From NCBI GenBank assembly GCA_017470605.1, contig JAFUYH010000006.1, forward strand, positions 8,078 through 72,077: 64,000 nucleotides of DNA, given 5' to 3'. This document shows positions 48,859 to 58,522 of this stretch, piece after piece. How positions within the stretch are numbered: the stretch's first letter is position 1; the number at the start of each line of letters is the position of its first letter. The translations under genes were made by a program, and so were the position numbers. This stretch comes from Treponema sp. GTDB lineage: Bacteria; Spirochaetota; Spirochaetia; Treponematales; Treponemataceae. The notes beneath the pieces were generated by a model. It did not search any database. It was not told the DNA's origin and worked only from the letters and a program-made list of their open reading frames with translations.

Positions 48859-49788
48859 CTAGCGCACGCCCTTATCATAAGGAATTCCTTCTGCTTTAGG
48901 AGCGCGGGATTTCTTTGAAGTAAAGGCCAAAACTACAAGCGAAATGATGTATGGCAGCATTTTGTAAACATCACCAGGAACCAGATGAATTAAAAGGTCA
49001 AATGCTGAATATGTGTCTGCAACGGCACGGAAGGCTCCAAAAAGCAGGGCGCTGGCTGCAATTCTAAGCGGATTCCACTGACCGAAAATCATAACGGCCA
49101 GGGCAAGGAAGCCCGCACCCGCAACACCATACATAAAATCCCACTGTGAATTAGCCGCAGAAATGTAAATAATTCCTCCGATTCCACCACAGAAGCCGGA
49201 AATCAAAACGCCGGCATAACGCATTTTGTAAACGTTAATTCCAACACTGTCTGCCGCCTGCGGGTGTTCACCGCAAGCCATGAGCCTGAGCCCGAATTGG
49301 GTTTTATTCAGAACAATGTAGGCTGCAATAATCAGCACAATAGTAAGAATCATGTAGATATTAAAGTCTCCGCCAATCAAAAAGACCTTGCGGTTTTCTA
49401 TATAGTCCAGAATTGCAGAAGGATTTGTTCCCCCCGAGCGGGCATTATTAAAGGCCTTTACAATAACAACGGCACCTGCAGTTGCAAGCATATTCATGGC
49501 TGTTCCCACAAGTGTCTGGTCTGCCCTGAAATTTATGGCCGCAACAGCAAGGAAAAGTGAATAAATCATTCCAAAAAGTACGCTGGCCAGAATTGTCAGC
49601 AGAATAATTACAAAAGCCGGAGTTCCCACAGGGAGTGAATAAAGCATAAAAGCCCCGCCCAAGGCTCCCATAACCATAATTCCTTCCAGCCCCAGGTTAA
49701 TTACACCGCTTCGCTCGCTGAACATTCCGCCAAAGGCCACAAAAATCAAAACTGTTGCATAAATAAGTGTATATTGAATAAGTAACAT
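48859..49788 (-). CDS. nucleoside-type (BMP family) ABC transporter permease
   Basis: 309 aa, polytopic. Last gene of the ATPase-permease-permease set downstream of a BMP lipoprotein gene. Confidence 0.8.
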   Translation of the reverse strand: MLLIQYTLIYATVLIFVAFGGMFSERSGVINLGLEGIMVMGALGGAFMLYSLPVGTPAFVIILLTILASVLFGMIYSLFLAVAAINFRADQTLVGTAMNMLATAGAVVIVKAFNNARSGGTNPSAILDYIENRKVFLIGGDFNIYMILTIVLIIAAYIVLNKTQFGLRLMACGEHPQAADSVGINVYKMRYAGVLISGFCGGIGGIIYISAANSQWDFMYGVAGAGFLALAVMIFGQWNPLRIAASALLFGAFRAVADTYSAFDLLIHLVPGDVYKMLPYIISLVVLAFTSKKSRAPKAEGIPYDKGVR

Positions 49789-49805
49789 ATTTCCCCCTTG
49801 TCGCC

Positions 49806-50960
49806 TTAAGCCTGCTCTACCGGCGCTTTTTGCTCACTTTTACCGGCAGCGGCAGAATCAGTCTTTTTCTTTCTTTCAATCAGTTTAGAAATCTGAGTCT
49901 TAAACAGGAACATAAAGGCACAGGAATAAATAATGATTGAAGAAATTAAATCTGCAATCTGAGGATTAAAATACTTTGTATCAATAAAACTTCCACCCTG
50001 AGTAATATGCTGAATAAAATAACCGGAAAAGATTACACCAATAGGATTCAGTTCTCCAAGGAAGGCAACTGCAATTCCATTAAAGCCCATTGCAGGAACT
50101 GTTGAACTTGTTTTCCAAGGCTGAATGTCTGTAAGATAGAAAAGAGCGGCACCAAGTCCCGCAATTGCGCCAGAAACAGCCATGGTAAGAATCAGGTTTC
50201 TTTTATCCTTCATGCCGGCATATTTTGCCGCATTTTTGTTCAGACCGGTTGCCCGCAATTCATAACCCAGAATAGTCTTTTTAAGGATGATTTCTACCAG
50301 AACCGCCACCAGAATGGCAATTGGAATAGCAATAGAAACATACTGATTGTCATGGAAAAGTTTTCCTAATCCCAAAGTTGGGAGAAGTGAACGCGGAGAA
50401 GTTGCCGCAATAGAAAAAGTTTCAGATTTTCCCACATTCATAACGGCTTCATTCTGCATAAGAACATTTACCAGATACAAGCCTATCCAGTTCAGCATAA
50501 TTCCCGCAATAACTTCGTTTACATTGCAGAAGGCCTTTAAAAGACCTGCAATAGCTGCCCACAGGGCAGCGCAGAATACGGCACACAAAATGCAGAGCCA
50601 CCAAGGCAGATGCCAGGCAAGGGCTGTCCACAAAGAAATGCCGATTCCAATACAATACTGGCCTGCAACACCAATATTAAAGAGACCAGACTTATAAGCA
50701 AACAGAACCGCAATTCCGCAAAGAATAAGCGGTACTGCCTTTACCAGAGTCTGCCCCAAGTAATAAAGTTTCTTTCCGTTATTCCTGTAATAAAGGAAGT
50801 TTTTTAAGATTACGCTGATTGCCTTTGGCGCGTGTTCCGCATTAATAATCAAAAGGATTATGAAACCAATAATTATTCCAACAAGAGCACAAAAAACCGC
50901 TGAAAGAATTGAGCGGAATGTATCTGAATCAAATATTGCTTTGATTTTCTTATCTGCCAT
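49806..50960 (-). CDS. nucleoside-type (BMP family) ABC transporter permease
   Basis: 384 aa, polytopic. Its start abuts the ATPase stop. Confidence 0.8.
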   Translation of the reverse strand: MADKKIKAIFDSDTFRSILSAVFCALVGIIIGFIILLIINAEHAPKAISVILKNFLYYRNNGKKLYYLGQTLVKAVPLILCGIAVLFAYKSGLFNIGVAGQYCIGIGISLWTALAWHLPWWLCILCAVFCAALWAAIAGLLKAFCNVNEVIAGIMLNWIGLYLVNVLMQNEAVMNVGKSETFSIAATSPRSLLPTLGLGKLFHDNQYVSIAIPIAILVAVLVEIILKKTILGYELRATGLNKNAAKYAGMKDKRNLILTMAVSGAIAGLGAALFYLTDIQPWKTSSTVPAMGFNGIAVAFLGELNPIGVIFSGYFIQHITQGGSFIDTKYFNPQIADLISSIIIYSCAFMFLFKTQISKLIERKKKTDSAAAGKSEQKAPVEQA

Positions 50961-52510
50961 TATGCTTCCTCCCCAACTTTTGCGCGTTTAGCACCAGCCA
51001 TGTACAGGCCAAGCTCTTCTGGCGTAGTCTTTTTAGGGTCAAATTCACCAACAATTTCGCCTTCATACATCACAAGAATGCGGTCACTCAAATTCATTAC
51101 TTCTTCCAGTTCATAAGAAACCAAAAGAACGGCCTTTCCCTGGTCACGGTCTGCAATAATTGCCTTGTGCAGGTATTCAATAGCCCCAACATCCAGACCG
51201 CGGGTAGGCTGAACTGCAATTAAAAGTTTATGCTCTTTTGCAAGTTCACGCCCTACAATGGCCTTCTGCTGATTACCACCAGACATTGCGCGGACGACAG
51301 TTTTTGTTCCCTGACCGCTTCGCACGTCATATTTATCTATAAGAGACTGAGCATATTCGCTCACATCATTTTTCTTTATAAAGTGATAATGCTGGAACTG
51401 ACTTTCCCAATAACGCTGCAGGACAAGATTCTGTTCCAGAGAATAATCCAGAACAAGACCGTGCTTGTGGCGGTCTTCCGGAATATGGCTCATGCCGTCT
51501 TTGCTTTTTTCGCGGATTGATTTTTTAGTAATATCTTCACCGCCAAGGGTAATTTTTGTTTCAGGATTAGGAAGGATTTTTGTAAGACCTGTTAATCCCT
51601 GAATGAATTCTGACTGTCCGTTACCGTCTATTCCCGCAATGCAGACAATTTCACCGGCATGAACCTGCAGGCTCACGTTATTAACGGCAAGTTTTTTGTG
51701 CAGGCGGCTTTCTACGCTCATGTGCTTTACATCCAGTATAACAGGCCCCGGAATGGCCGGCTTTTTTTCTACAGTAAACTGAACATCGCGCCCTACCATC
51801 ATTCGGCTTAATTCTTCTTTGCTTGTTTCGCTTATGTTTACAGTTCCAATGTAACGCCCCTTGCACAAAACAGAACAGCGGTCTGAAACTTCCATAATTT
51901 CGTTGAGTTTGTGAGTAATAAAGAGGATTGATTTACCTTCTGCCGCAAGATTTTTCATAATCTGCATGAGTTCTTTTATCTCCTGAGGAGTAAGAACGGC
52001 TGTCGGTTCATCAAAAATCAGGATTTCGTTATCGCGGTAGAGCATTTTTAAGATTTCTACACGCTGCTGCATTCCCACCGTAATGTCTTCTATTTTCGCA
52101 TCAGGGTCAACTGAAAGTCCGTATTTTTTACTGAGGTTTATTATTTTTTCGCGTGCTGATTTACGGTCAAGAAAACCGTGTTTTGTACTTTCGCTTCCAA
52201 GAATGATATTGTCTAGAACTGTAAAAACTTCTACAAGTTTAAAATGCTGATGAACCATTCCAATGCCAAGGGCAGTTGCATCATTCGGATTTCTGATTTC
52301 AACTTTCTTTCCATTCTTGTGGATTTCGCCTTCTTCTGGCTGATAAAGTCCGAACAGTACGCTCATAAGCGTAGATTTTCCCGCGCCGTTTTCGCCAAGC
52401 AGGGCATGAATCTCGCCTTTTTTAAGCTGCAGCGTAATGTTATCATTTGCCACAATTCCAGGGAAACGCTTAGTTATATTAAGCATCTCGATAATGTATT
52501 CTTCGCTCAT
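50960..52510 (-). CDS. ABC transporter ATP-binding protein with duplicated cassette
   Basis: Walker A GENGAGKST, signature-like MSGGNQQK, Walker B ILIFDEPT and LLIAVQPTRGLD; 516 aa. Confidence 0.9.
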   Translation of the reverse strand: MSEEYIIEMLNITKRFPGIVANDNITLQLKKGEIHALLGENGAGKSTLMSVLFGLYQPEEGEIHKNGKKVEIRNPNDATALGIGMVHQHFKLVEVFTVLDNIILGSESTKHGFLDRKSAREKIINLSKKYGLSVDPDAKIEDITVGMQQRVEILKMLYRDNEILIFDEPTAVLTPQEIKELMQIMKNLAAEGKSILFITHKLNEIMEVSDRCSVLCKGRYIGTVNISETSKEELSRMMVGRDVQFTVEKKPAIPGPVILDVKHMSVESRLHKKLAVNNVSLQVHAGEIVCIAGIDGNGQSEFIQGLTGLTKILPNPETKITLGGEDITKKSIREKSKDGMSHIPEDRHKHGLVLDYSLEQNLVLQRYWESQFQHYHFIKKNDVSEYAQSLIDKYDVRSGQGTKTVVRAMSGGNQQKAIVGRELAKEHKLLIAVQPTRGLDVGAIEYLHKAIIADRDQGKAVLLVSYELEEVMNLSDRILVMYEGEIVGEFDPKKTTPEELGLYMAGAKRAKVGEEA

Positions 52511-52548
52511 AAGCTATAATTATACTATAAAATCTAGTGGTTTTAAAC

Positions 52549-52580
52549 AAAAAAATCCCTGGAAGTCTTAAGTCCAGGGA
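52549..52580 (-). terminator. rho-independent terminator (minus strand) between the BMP gene and the ATPase gene
   Basis: TCCCTGGA-9 nt-TCCAGGGA, followed on the minus strand by seven T. Confidence 0.65.
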
Positions 52581-52689
52581 TTTGGATGAGCAGCCCTTCG
52601 ATTATAGGCTGCTCGCAAGTCTCGCAGCTTGAGCCGTTCTTTTATGGATGAGCTAAAAAATGCTGACGCATTTTTCTTAACGCTCTTCT

Positions 52690-52718
52690 ATAAAACACCG
52701 GCCGCCTACCGGGCGGCC
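52690..52718 (-). terminator. GC-rich stem-loop with short T run just after the BMP gene stop
   Basis: GGCCGCC-5 nt-GGCGGCC, 7 nt after the stop; the minus strand continues GGTGTTTTAT. Confidence 0.45.
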
Positions 52719-52725
52719 TTACACA

Positions 52726-53841
52726 TTATTTAATATTCTGATAGTAATTAACCTTTACAGAAACTGCAGGGTTCTTGTCGATTGCGTTAGAAATAACAAT
52801 CTTCTTTGCATAAACATCAGCAACAAGTTTCTTGTAGTCATCAATTGAGAACTGCTTCATTACCCATGTGTCTGTTGGAAGTCCAACGTAGTTTACGCTC
52901 AAATCTTTTCCAGAAACAAGACCAAGTGAAGAAACTTTTCCAGAGTAGTCTGCCCACTTTCCGCCAATAATAGCTTCAAGAGCAGCGTTTACAGTTGCAG
53001 AAAGTCCCTTCATGGCAGAAGTAACGTGCATTCCTACACCATAACCATTAATAAGGGCAGTCTGGTCAACGTCTACACCAATTACCTTTCCGTTTACTTT
53101 TGCAGCCGCTTCACAGGCAGAAGTCCAGATTCCGCCACCGCAGGCAAATACAACTTCTACACCACGATTCTTGTACCATCCGTCCATAGCAGCAGTGATT
53201 GTCTGGTCGCCATAGAACTGACCGCCATATACATATTCAACAGTAACGTCGTTAGCAATGCCAAGTTCTTCTGCAGCCTTATTAACACCCTGAACAAAAC
53301 CGTATCCATAGCGGATTACAGCAGGAACAGCCATTCCACCAAGGAATCCAAGGTGACGGTAGCCTTCTTTTACAGCAGCATATCCTGCAAAGAAACCAGG
53401 AATCTCTTCTGCATAAACTGCACAGAATACGTTGGCAGGAACAGCTTCACCGCCCAAATCACCTTCGCCAATATCAAGACCAATGAATTTTGCATCATCA
53501 TAATCTTTTGCAACCTTTACGATTGCTTCTCCAAACAGGTATCCAGGAAGAACGATTACATTGTAGCCGTCCTGATAAGCAGCGTCGATAGAAGCAACGC
53601 GGTCTGCTGTTGAATCTCCTGCTGGTTTGTAATACTGGAATTCCAGTCCGTTAGCTTCAGCATAATCTTTACATGCCTGATAAGTTGTCTGATTGAATGA
53701 CTGGTCTGTAATATCTCCAGAATCAGTTACCATTGCAATCTTAATTGAAGACTTAGCTGCCTTCTTTGATTTTTTTGGTTTTGCGAATGTTGATGCGCAA
53801 ACAAGAGCAAACATCATTGCAATAACAACAAGTTTCTTCAT
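52726..53841 (-). CDS. BMP family ABC transporter substrate-binding lipoprotein (PnrA/TmpC-like, purine nucleoside type)
   Basis: IKIAMVTDSGDITDQSFNQ, PGYLF and GVDVDQ motifs typical of the Bmp/PnrA family. Start trimmed to ATG 53841 (MKKLVVIAMMFALVCAS) with GGAGG upstream. Confidence 0.85.
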   Translation of the reverse strand: MKKLVVIAMMFALVCASTFAKPKKSKKAAKSSIKIAMVTDSGDITDQSFNQTTYQACKDYAEANGLEFQYYKPAGDSTADRVASIDAAYQDGYNVIVLPGYLFGEAIVKVAKDYDDAKFIGLDIGEGDLGGEAVPANVFCAVYAEEIPGFFAGYAAVKEGYRHLGFLGGMAVPAVIRYGYGFVQGVNKAAEELGIANDVTVEYVYGGQFYGDQTITAAMDGWYKNRGVEVVFACGGGIWTSACEAAAKVNGKVIGVDVDQTALINGYGVGMHVTSAMKGLSATVNAALEAIIGGKWADYSGKVSSLGLVSGKDLSVNYVGLPTDTWVMKQFSIDDYKKLVADVYAKKIVISNAIDKNPAVSVKVNYYQNIK

Positions 53842-53972
53842 TTCTATCCTCCAATATAAATGATATTTTATTATAGACAATAAACATAATCCTATCAATC
53901 TATAAAAAAGCTGGCAAAACTGCATGGAAATAGAACAAAGATGCACAACAAACAGTTTTGCCAGCTAAAATG

Positions 53973-54755
53973 CTATAAATGCAAGAGATTTCCAAGAGTC
54001 TTTTCTGCCCAGCTGAACTGACTCATATATTCACCTTTAAAGGCCTCGCGGGCGGCAGATTTGCCTGCCAGATAATCCATATAATCACAGTCAATTTTAG
54101 AAACATCAATTCCAATGTTGTTATGAGAACGTAAAATTATTCCTTTTGCATCATAACGCTGTAAAACACGCCTTATATCTGCAATCAGATTTCTTATATA
54201 AGCCCGGTGGTCATGACATTTATCTTCATTTTCCCATAAAAGTTCTTCTACCATTCCCATGCTGCAAGTTACACCTTTTGCATCTATCAGAACTGCCAGA
54301 AGTTCTTTAGATTTTGAATATGTAAATTTAAGGGGAACTCCATCACCAAAAATTTCAAAAGGACCAAAGGCCTGCACATAAATGCGCTTTTTACCGGAAA
54401 CAGGAAACCTAAGGTTTTCCAGCTCTCGTTTTATGTTTTCTGCAATTACCGGTTTTAGAACATAGCCGCTTGCATAAAGATTAAAGGCTTCCTTCATATA
54501 ATCCGTATAACCGGTAACAAAAATTATATTAATCTTGGGATTTAATTCTTTCAGGCGTTTGGCAACATCCAGACCGTTTCCGAGTCTAAGTTCAATATCC
54601 AAAAAAGCAACGTCCGGAATGTTTATTGCAGCATATTTAATGGCTTCATCTGCATTACGGAATGCATTCAGGCTGGCAGACGGTTCAACTTCTGTAATGG
54701 CAGAAACAAGACCTTCAAGACCAAGCTTTTCATCATCAAGTGCGATAATATTCAT
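53973..54755 (-). CDS. response regulator with winged-helix SARP/OmpR-like output
   Basis: REC: IIALDDEK...DVAFLDIEL...IIFVTGY...LKPV. Output region: IYVQAFGPFEIFGDGVPLKF...KELLAVLID...LWENED...IRNLIADIRRVL. Confidence 0.7.
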   Translation of the reverse strand: MNIIALDDEKLGLEGLVSAITEVEPSASLNAFRNADEAIKYAAINIPDVAFLDIELRLGNGLDVAKRLKELNPKINIIFVTGYTDYMKEAFNLYASGYVLKPVIAENIKRELENLRFPVSGKKRIYVQAFGPFEIFGDGVPLKFTYSKSKELLAVLIDAKGVTCSMGMVEELLWENEDKCHDHRAYIRNLIADIRRVLQRYDAKGIILRSHNNIGIDVSKIDCDYMDYLAGKSAAREAFKGEYMSQFSWAEKTLGNLLHL

Positions 54756-56070
54756 TCTTTTCCTCCATCATGCGTTTTTTGTGAATAGGGATACTGATAA
54801 AAACACAGGTTCCCTTTCCTTTTTTGCTTTTTATTTCCAAAGTTCCTGAACTTATAATTTCCAGTCTGCTCCTGACATTTTTAAGCCCTATATGACTTCT
54901 TTCTGATTTTTTATCGTCATTATTAAAAACTTCATCCGTATCAAAACCGACTCCGTCATCAGAAATCTTTATTTTATAGCAATCCTCTGTTTTGTAACTT
55001 GCAATTATTATTGAACCGCCGTTTTCTTTTTTCAGAATTCCATGTTTTAAGGCATTTTCCACAATCGGCTGCAGGGTAAGCGGAGGAAGATAAAAATTTG
55101 TTTCCTGCAAATCATAACTTACATAAACATCATCTCCAAAACGTAACTGTTCCAGATTCAAATAATGCTTAAGATTTTCTATTTCCTTTTCAAAAAGAAT
55201 TTCAGAATGATTTTCCAGAACTTCTATGTTTGTACGCAGATAACTTGAAAAATCACCTATCGCTTTTTTTACCAGTTCAGGATTATCTTTATCGCATAAA
55301 ACATAAATTGAATTTAAGGTATTAAAAATAAAATGCGGCTGAATCTGACTGAAAGAAAGAGAAATTTTCCCTTCTTTAATTTCTTCCTGCTGGCTTAAAA
55401 TCTGCCTTACCTGTGTAAGATGAATAAAATTGAACATCAGCAGAATAGAAAATGTCAGAGCCATCTGCATTGTAAAGAAAGAAGCGTAGAGCCTTATAAA
55501 AATGGATATTAGAGGAAGAAGGATAAAGGAAAGAAAGAAAAGTGCATCATAAATGCCAAGAACCTTTATATATTTGAAAATAACAAGGGCTGTAACAAAA
55601 GCAACAAAAACTCCACCTAACTGTGCAAACCAGTAAAATTGCCCGTGGGTAAATTTTCCATTTTCTATACTAAAAAACATTCCGTTAAAAATAGAGGCAC
55701 ACCATCCAACTGCAAAAATTATACACACAGCAAGACAGATATGAGCATAAGTCCAGTTTACTTTTGTTTTATAGGAAATATAATCCAGCACATAATAAAC
55801 AAAAAGTGAAATAAGTGCAAAATAGGAAATAAAATCAAAACAGGCCGCAATGCGCATTGGCAGCATAAAACCTGCATCAACTTCTGTTGCAAGGTCAACA
55901 AAAATAAATTCAAAAATAAGAGATACAAGCATGATGCAATCGCAGGATATAAGGGCAACAAAAAACTTTGATGTCATTTTTCTGACTGTTGTTCTTGCAA
56001 CACAATCCAGATATGCCAGAAAAATTACAATAAAGAGAACCAAATGCGACACAATTTCTGTATGGTGCAT
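54736..56070 (-). CDS. LytS/YehU-type sensor histidine kinase (PF06580 His_kinase + HATPase)
   Basis: QIQPHFIFNTLNSIYVL, LQPIVENALKHG, DDGVGF. Six to seven N-terminal TM helices. 20-nt overlap with the regulator gene. Confidence 0.85.
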   Translation of the reverse strand: MHHTEIVSHLVLFIVIFLAYLDCVARTTVRKMTSKFFVALISCDCIMLVSLIFEFIFVDLATEVDAGFMLPMRIAACFDFISYFALISLFVYYVLDYISYKTKVNWTYAHICLAVCIIFAVGWCASIFNGMFFSIENGKFTHGQFYWFAQLGGVFVAFVTALVIFKYIKVLGIYDALFFLSFILLPLISIFIRLYASFFTMQMALTFSILLMFNFIHLTQVRQILSQQEEIKEGKISLSFSQIQPHFIFNTLNSIYVLCDKDNPELVKKAIGDFSSYLRTNIEVLENHSEILFEKEIENLKHYLNLEQLRFGDDVYVSYDLQETNFYLPPLTLQPIVENALKHGILKKENGGSIIIASYKTEDCYKIKISDDGVGFDTDEVFNNDDKKSERSHIGLKNVRSRLEIISSGTLEIKSKKGKGTCVFISIPIHKKRMMEEKNEYYRT

Positions 56071-56205
56071 GTAATAAGTATATCACAAAAGCGTTATAAA
56101 AACTTAATAATAGTCATAAAAATCAAAATAAAATTTATTACCCATATTTATACTAATATGTTATAATTATCAGATAATTTTATTAGGAGTTTTGAAAGAA
56201 GTTTT

Positions 56206-58203
56206 ATGGAAACTGGCAATTCTAATAACCTTCACCTTCGTCCTGTTATTAACGTAGATAAAGATAAATGTTGTAACTGCCACCGCTGTATCTCTGTCTG
56301 CCCTGTAAAGCTTTGTAATGACGGATCAGGCAACTTTGTTTCTTTGAACAGTGATTTGTGTATTGGATGTGGTTCTTGTATAGAAGCCTGTACACATGGT
56401 GCCAGAACAGGAATTGATGACGCTCCTCTTTTCTTTACGGAACTTAAAAAAGGAACCCCTATAATTGCAATTGTTGCTCCTGCTGTTGCCGTAAATTTTA
56501 AGGGACGAGACCTGGAATTAAACGGATGGCTTAAATCTATTGGCATTAAGGCTATTTTTGACGTTTCTTTTGGTGCAGAGCTTACTACAAAATCTTATGT
56601 AGAACAGATTAAAACAGAAAATCCACAGCTGATGATTTCTCAGCCATGCCCGGCCTTAATTTCTTTTATAGAAACATACCGCCCTAACCTGATTAAATAC
56701 CTTGCAAAAGGTGACAGCCCTATGGCTCATACTGTGGAATATATCCGCCATTATCACCCTGAATATAAAAACTGCAAGATTGCCGTTATTTCTCCATGTT
56801 ATGCAAAACGCCGCGAATTTGATGAAAACGGGCGTGGTGATTTTAACGTTACCATGAAGGGGCTGGATGCATACTTTAAGGCAAATAACATTGATCTTGC
56901 AAAATTCCCTAAGGTGGAATACGACAATCCTCTTGCTGAACGGGGAACTCTTTATTCTACTCCAGGCGGACTTATGCGCACTGCGGAACGCTTTGTTCCT
57001 GGAATTGGAATGCAGACAAGAAAGATAGAAGGTCATCCTGCAATTTTTGAATATCTTGCCCACCTTGATGAATCTTTGCAGAAAGGCATTAAACCTTACT
57101 ACCGCCTTGTAGACTGTCTTAACTGCGAAAAATGGAATACCCTTAATCCTCATGGAAGAAAAAGGGCCCTTAAAAAACTGAATAAAACTATTGATGAATG
57201 CTGGCAGCCAAAAATCTACGAAAGAAAATATGTTGACCGCAGTTCCGTTCATGATTCACTTTTAAAAGAACCAAACAAAGCAGAACTTAATAAGATTCTT
57301 ATAGAAATGGGCAAACATACTCAGGCAGACATGTATGACTGCGGTGCCTGCGGTTATGTTTCCTGCGAACAGATGGCCGTTGCCATTTTTAATGGAAAAA
57401 ACAAGCCTCATAACTGTCATCATTATGTTCTTAAAAAGGCAAATGAAGACCACACAGAAGAACTTATCCGCGCAGTAAGAAGTATTACTCAGGAAAGCGT
57501 AAGTCTTCTGCAGGGTACAAAAGCAAATGTTTCTTCCCTTACAGAAGTTACAGATAAAATGTCTCAGAACGTTTCTTCTTCTTCATCTGCAATAGAAGAG
57601 ATGGTAAGCAATATTTCTTCTATAAACAATATCATTGATAAAAACTTTACTATTGTAAGTGAACTTGAAGAGGCAACAAATACCGGTAGAAGCAATCTTT
57701 CTGAAGTAACCGAACTTGTAGGTGAAATTGAAAAGGAATCTGAACAGCTGGTAGAAATGAGCAAGGTAATTGGTCAGATTTCTGAACAGACAAACCTGCT
57801 TGCCATGAATGCCGCCATAGAAGCCGCCCATGCCGGTGAATTTGGTACAGGATTCAGTGTTGTTGCAGACGAAATCAGAAAACTTGCCGAAGATTCTGGA
57901 AATCAGGCAAAGCAGATTGAAAATGTCCTTAAATCTATCAAACAGATGATTGATAACGCCTACTCAAAAGCCGGAAATGTTCAGCAGGAATTTGATTCGG
58001 TTGTATCTTTGACCGGAAAAGTAAAAGAGCAGGAACTTTCTGTAAAGAATTCCATGGAAGAGCAGAATCAAGGTAATACAATGCTTCTTTCTAGCCTTTC
58101 ACAGATGAAAGAAGGAACCCGCGCTGTAGAAGATGCCGCAAACAACCTGCGCCAGGATACAGAAACCGTTATTGAATCTATAAACAACATAGGACAAAAG
58201 TAA
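56206..58203 (+). CDS. cytoplasmic methyl-accepting chemotaxis protein with N-terminal 2x[4Fe-4S] ferredoxin and [FeFe]-hydrogenase-like domain
   Basis: [12 protein letters not shown] and [12 protein letters not shown]-cluster-like remnants [26 protein letters not shown]. Putative Fe-S motif [19 protein letters not shown] signalling hairpin [36 protein letters not shown] saw no TM helix. Confidence 0.85.
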   Translation: METGNSNNLHLRPVINVDKDKCCNCHRCISVCPVKLCNDGSGNFVSLNSDLCIGCGSCIEACTHGARTGIDDAPLFFTELKKGTPIIAIVAPAVAVNFKGRDLELNGWLKSIGIKAIFDVSFGAELTTKSYVEQIKTENPQLMISQPCPALISFIETYRPNLIKYLAKGDSPMAHTVEYIRHYHPEYKNCKIAVISPCYAKRREFDENGRGDFNVTMKGLDAYFKANNIDLAKFPKVEYDNPLAERGTLYSTPGGLMRTAERFVPGIGMQTRKIEGHPAIFEYLAHLDESLQKGIKPYYRLVDCLNCEKWNTLNPHGRKRALKKLNKTIDECWQPKIYERKYVDRSSVHDSLLKEPNKAELNKILIEMGKHTQADMYDCGACGYVSCEQMAVAIFNGKNKPHNCHHYVLKKANEDHTEELIRAVRSITQESVSLLQGTKANVSSLTEVTDKMSQNVSSSSSAIEEMVSNISSINNIIDKNFTIVSELEEATNTGRSNLSEVTELVGEIEKESEQLVEMSKVIGQISEQTNLLAMNAAIEAAHAGEFGTGFSVVADEIRKLAEDSGNQAKQIENVLKSIKQMIDNAYSKAGNVQQEFDSVVSLTGKVKEQELSVKNSMEEQNQGNTMLLSSLSQMKEGTRAVEDAANNLRQDTETVIESINNIGQK

Positions 58204-58439
58204 AATACAAAGACAAACTGATTCTATACACCATTGCGGATTTGTATAAAGAGTGATTTTTGGGGAAGATGACTGGTCCTCTCCTCAATTGCTTTCACCC
58301 CTTTGCCATAAGGAGGACCATTTCTGAAAGGGCATACTTTATCGAACGCATAGCGGGTTAGCGAAGTGCGGACGTAGCGACGGCGGCGGAACGAAGTGGA
58401 GCTGCCGGAACCCCATCAATCACACCAATCTCCCCATAA

Positions 58440-58468
58440 TTGAATATATCGCGGAATTCTTCTATAAT
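58440..58468 (+). promoter_or_regulatory. near-consensus sigma70-like promoter for pheT
   Basis: TTGAAT, 17-nt spacer, TATAAT; 54 nt upstream of ATG 58523 (RBS GAGGAAA). Confidence 0.5.
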
Positions 58469-58522
58469 AAAACATTAAAATTTTGGGGTGAACGGACTGC
58501 CGGCCCCGACTCGAGGAAAAAA

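Noticed and set aside
53026-53613. 195-aa plus-strand ORF
   Set aside because: Antisense to the BMP lipoprotein gene. No RBS or motifs.
56656-57252. 198-aa minus-strand ORF
   Set aside because: Antisense to the hydrogenase-like domain of the MCP gene. Phe/Lys/Asn-rich junk.
58204-58522. T-box or attenuator leader for pheT
   Set aside because: I could not find a specifier loop, a T-box consensus or a Phe-rich leader peptide, so only a promoter and unrelated hairpins are reported.
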